DNA of 64,000 nucleotides from an uncultured Allofournierella sp. (GTDB taxonomy: Bacteria; Bacillota; Clostridia; Oscillospirales; Ruminococcaceae): assembly GCF_944382705.1 (NCBI RefSeq), contig NZ_CALWNE010000046.1; one strand, written 5' to 3'. The position numbers and the translations under genes were made by a program. Shown one piece after another: positions 63,201 to 64,000 of the stretch. The notes under the pieces were generated by a model. It saw only the letters and a list, made by a program, of their open reading frames with translations, made no database searches and was not told where the DNA came from. Numbering within the stretch: position 1 is the first letter of the stretch; the number at the start of each line of letters is the position of its first letter.

Positions 63201-64000
63201 GTCAGGTTCTGGAAGTTCACCTGGGCTACGCAGCCAAGGCTCTGGGCTGGAAGATCATGACCCCCGTATTTGATGGCGCTCACGAACAGGACATCCGTGC
63301 CTGCTTCAACGAGGCCCGGGAAAAGAATCACAGCGGCGCTATGCCTGAATATCCCACCAAGCTGGATAAGATTATGCGGCCCGAAATTGGCCATGTAATC
63401 GATTTCTCCAAGATTGAGTTGGATGAGGATGGCAAGAGCACTGTATACGACGGCCGTACCGGTGAGAAGTTCGATAACCGTGTAACCGTTGGTTATATGT
63501 ACTACCTGAAGCTGCATCACCTGGTAGACGATAAGATTCACGCCCGTTCCACCGGTCCTTACAGCCTGGTTACCCAGCAGCCTCTGGGCGGTAAAGCTCA
63601 GTTCGGCGGTCAGCGCTTCGGTGAGATGGAAGTATGGGCCCTGGAAGCTTACGGCGCCGCCTACACCCTGCAGGAAATCCTGACCGTGAAGTCGGACGAT
63701 GTGGTGGGCCGTGTAAAGACCTACGAGGCCATTGTAAAGGGCCAGCCCGTACCCAAGCCCGGCATTCCCGAAAGCTTCCGCGTGCTCATTAAGGAGCTGC
63801 AGAGCCTGGGTCTGGCCGTTCGGGTGCAGGATGCTGAGGGCGAGGAAATCGACCTGAAGCAGAACTTCGATGATGAAGAACCCGGCTTCGATACCCGTGA
63901 CCTGCCCATGGGCGAGGATGTTCTGGTGGAAAACGAGCTGAACGATGAGTACAGCATCCAGGACGCAGAGTCTGATCCCGATGCAGAGGAAGTATTCGGC
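60254..64000 (+). CDS. rpoB: DNA-directed RNA polymerase beta subunit (3' end just beyond window)
   Basis: Not in the ORF track because no stop lies within the window. My translation reads [52 protein letters not shown]... and later ...[40 protein letters not shown]... and ...[15 protein letters not shown]... . The two large minus-strand ORFs here are antisense shadows. Confidence 0.97.
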   Translation, partial: MMKVKPVNLGKTERMSFSRIDEVITMPNLIEVQKNSYRWFLDEGLKEVFRDIATIEDFTGNLALEFVDYHLGEPKYSIKECKVRDTTYAAPLRVTARLLNKETGEVKEQEIFMGDFPLMTDAGTFINNGAERVIVSQLVRSPGVYFGSSYDKTGKKLFTATMNPNRGAWLEYETDSNDVFYVRIDKNRKLPVTVLLRALGMGSDAQIREFFGEDERILATLEKDTTHNEEEGLLETYRKLRPGEPPTVESAQTHLNNLFFDPRRYDMSRFGRYKMNKKLALARRITGFVAARDIVAPLTGELIVAAGEKITRELAEEAEAAGVSVAFVTVDDREIKVITNGTVDAQNFFTFDVAECGINERVNFAELKAILEATLDEEEQKELLIKNHDRLISKTVTLDDIFSSINYLNGLDHGVGVTDDIDHLGNRRIRSVGELLQNQFRIGFSRMERVIRERMTLQAQDMNEATPQSLINIRPVVAAIKEFFGSSPLSQFMDQNNPLAELTHKRRLSALGPGGLSRDRAGFEVRDVHYSHYGRMCPIETPEGPNIGLISYLASFARINEYGFIEAPYRKVDKERGVVTDEVVYMTADVEDEFVVAQANEPLDEEGRFTKVRVNARRRDEILEIERERVDYMDVSPKMVVSVATAMIPFLENDDANRALMGANMQRQAVPLLVTQQPIVATGMEYKAACDSGVCVLARNPGVVERVDADKIVVRTSKTTTDEYELIKFMRSNQGTCVNQRPIVSKGEEVKAGQVLADGPATKNGEISLGKNALIGFMTWEGYNYEDAVLINEKIVREDVYTSIHIEEYETEARETKLGPEEITRDIPNVGEEALKDLDERGIIRIGAEVKAGDILVGKVTPKGETELTAEERLLRAIFGEKAREVRDTSLRVPHGQYGIIVDVKVFTPENCDELQPGVRQVVRCYIAQKRKISVGDKMAGRHGNKGVVSRILPQEDMPFLADGTPLDIVLNPLGVPSRMNIGQVLEVHLGYAAKALGWKIMTPVFDGAHEQDIRACFNEAREKNHSGAMPEYPTKLDKIMRPEIGHVIDFSKIELDEDGKSTVYDGRTGEKFDNRVTVGYMYYLKLHHLVDDKIHARSTGPYSLVTQQPLGGKAQFGGQRFGEMEVWALEAYGAAYTLQEILTVKSDDVVGRVKTYEAIVKGQPVPKPGIPESFRVLIKELQSLGLAVRVQDAEGEEIDLKQNFDDEEPGFDTRDLPMGEDVLVENELNDEYSIQDAESDPDAEEVFG

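Noticed and set aside
1-64000. Searched for CRISPR arrays, transposase, integrase or recombinase genes, phage modules, toxin-antitoxin pairs, restriction-modification or other defence genes, and rRNA and tRNA genes.
   Set aside because: None found. The only tandem repeats are the two in-frame protein-coding arrays, and no ORF shows DDE, tyrosine or serine recombinase, HEPN, PIN, methyltransferase or nuclease motifs that I can recognise.

Overview
Chromosomal, mostly housekeeping segment of a moderately GC-rich Firmicute (Clostridia-like gene content: pro-sigma-K, split MetH, EFR1 ferredoxin, DHHW and DUF4358 proteins). I support 55 protein-coding genes. Two are cut by the window edges and missing from the ORF track: a P-type Ca2+/cation ATPase (1..1534, -) and rpoB (60254..64000, +). 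I found no rRNA, tRNA, CRISPR array, transposase, integrase or prophage genes.

Main blocks:
1. Transporters plus glmM (1-11.7 kb).
2. YggS, MntR, DHHW and DUF4358 genes (12-15.5 kb).
3. A metF / MetH-activation-domain / metH operon (15.8-19.7 kb).
4. A cell-envelope glycan locus (19.9-34.1 kb) with glf, ugd, five GT2 genes, an O-acyltransferase, a TagG/TagH-like ABC exporter and an embedded GH25 muramidase carrying long aromatic repeats. sigK sits inverted inside it.
5. Assorted housekeeping genes (34-46 kb), including a two-domain GT2 with a 3 x 63 bp in-frame tandem repeat.
6. A co-directional block joining a Wzz/BY-kinase/PHP-phosphatase triad to a small secreted sortase substrate, its sortase, a membrane protein and a VanY-type peptidase (46.3-52.3 kb).
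7. rpmE, yigZ, dgt-dnaG-rpoD, an Rrf2 regulator and rpoB.

The best candidates for something new are the kinase-plus-sortase block with its apparently highly expressed substrate, the glycan locus with its embedded repeat-bearing lysin, and the repeat-containing coiled coil of the double GT2. None of these is demonstrably a new system from sequence alone. All family calls rest on motifs I read by eye in the translations; no database search was possible. The many long ORFs antisense to real genes are treated as non-coding shadows.
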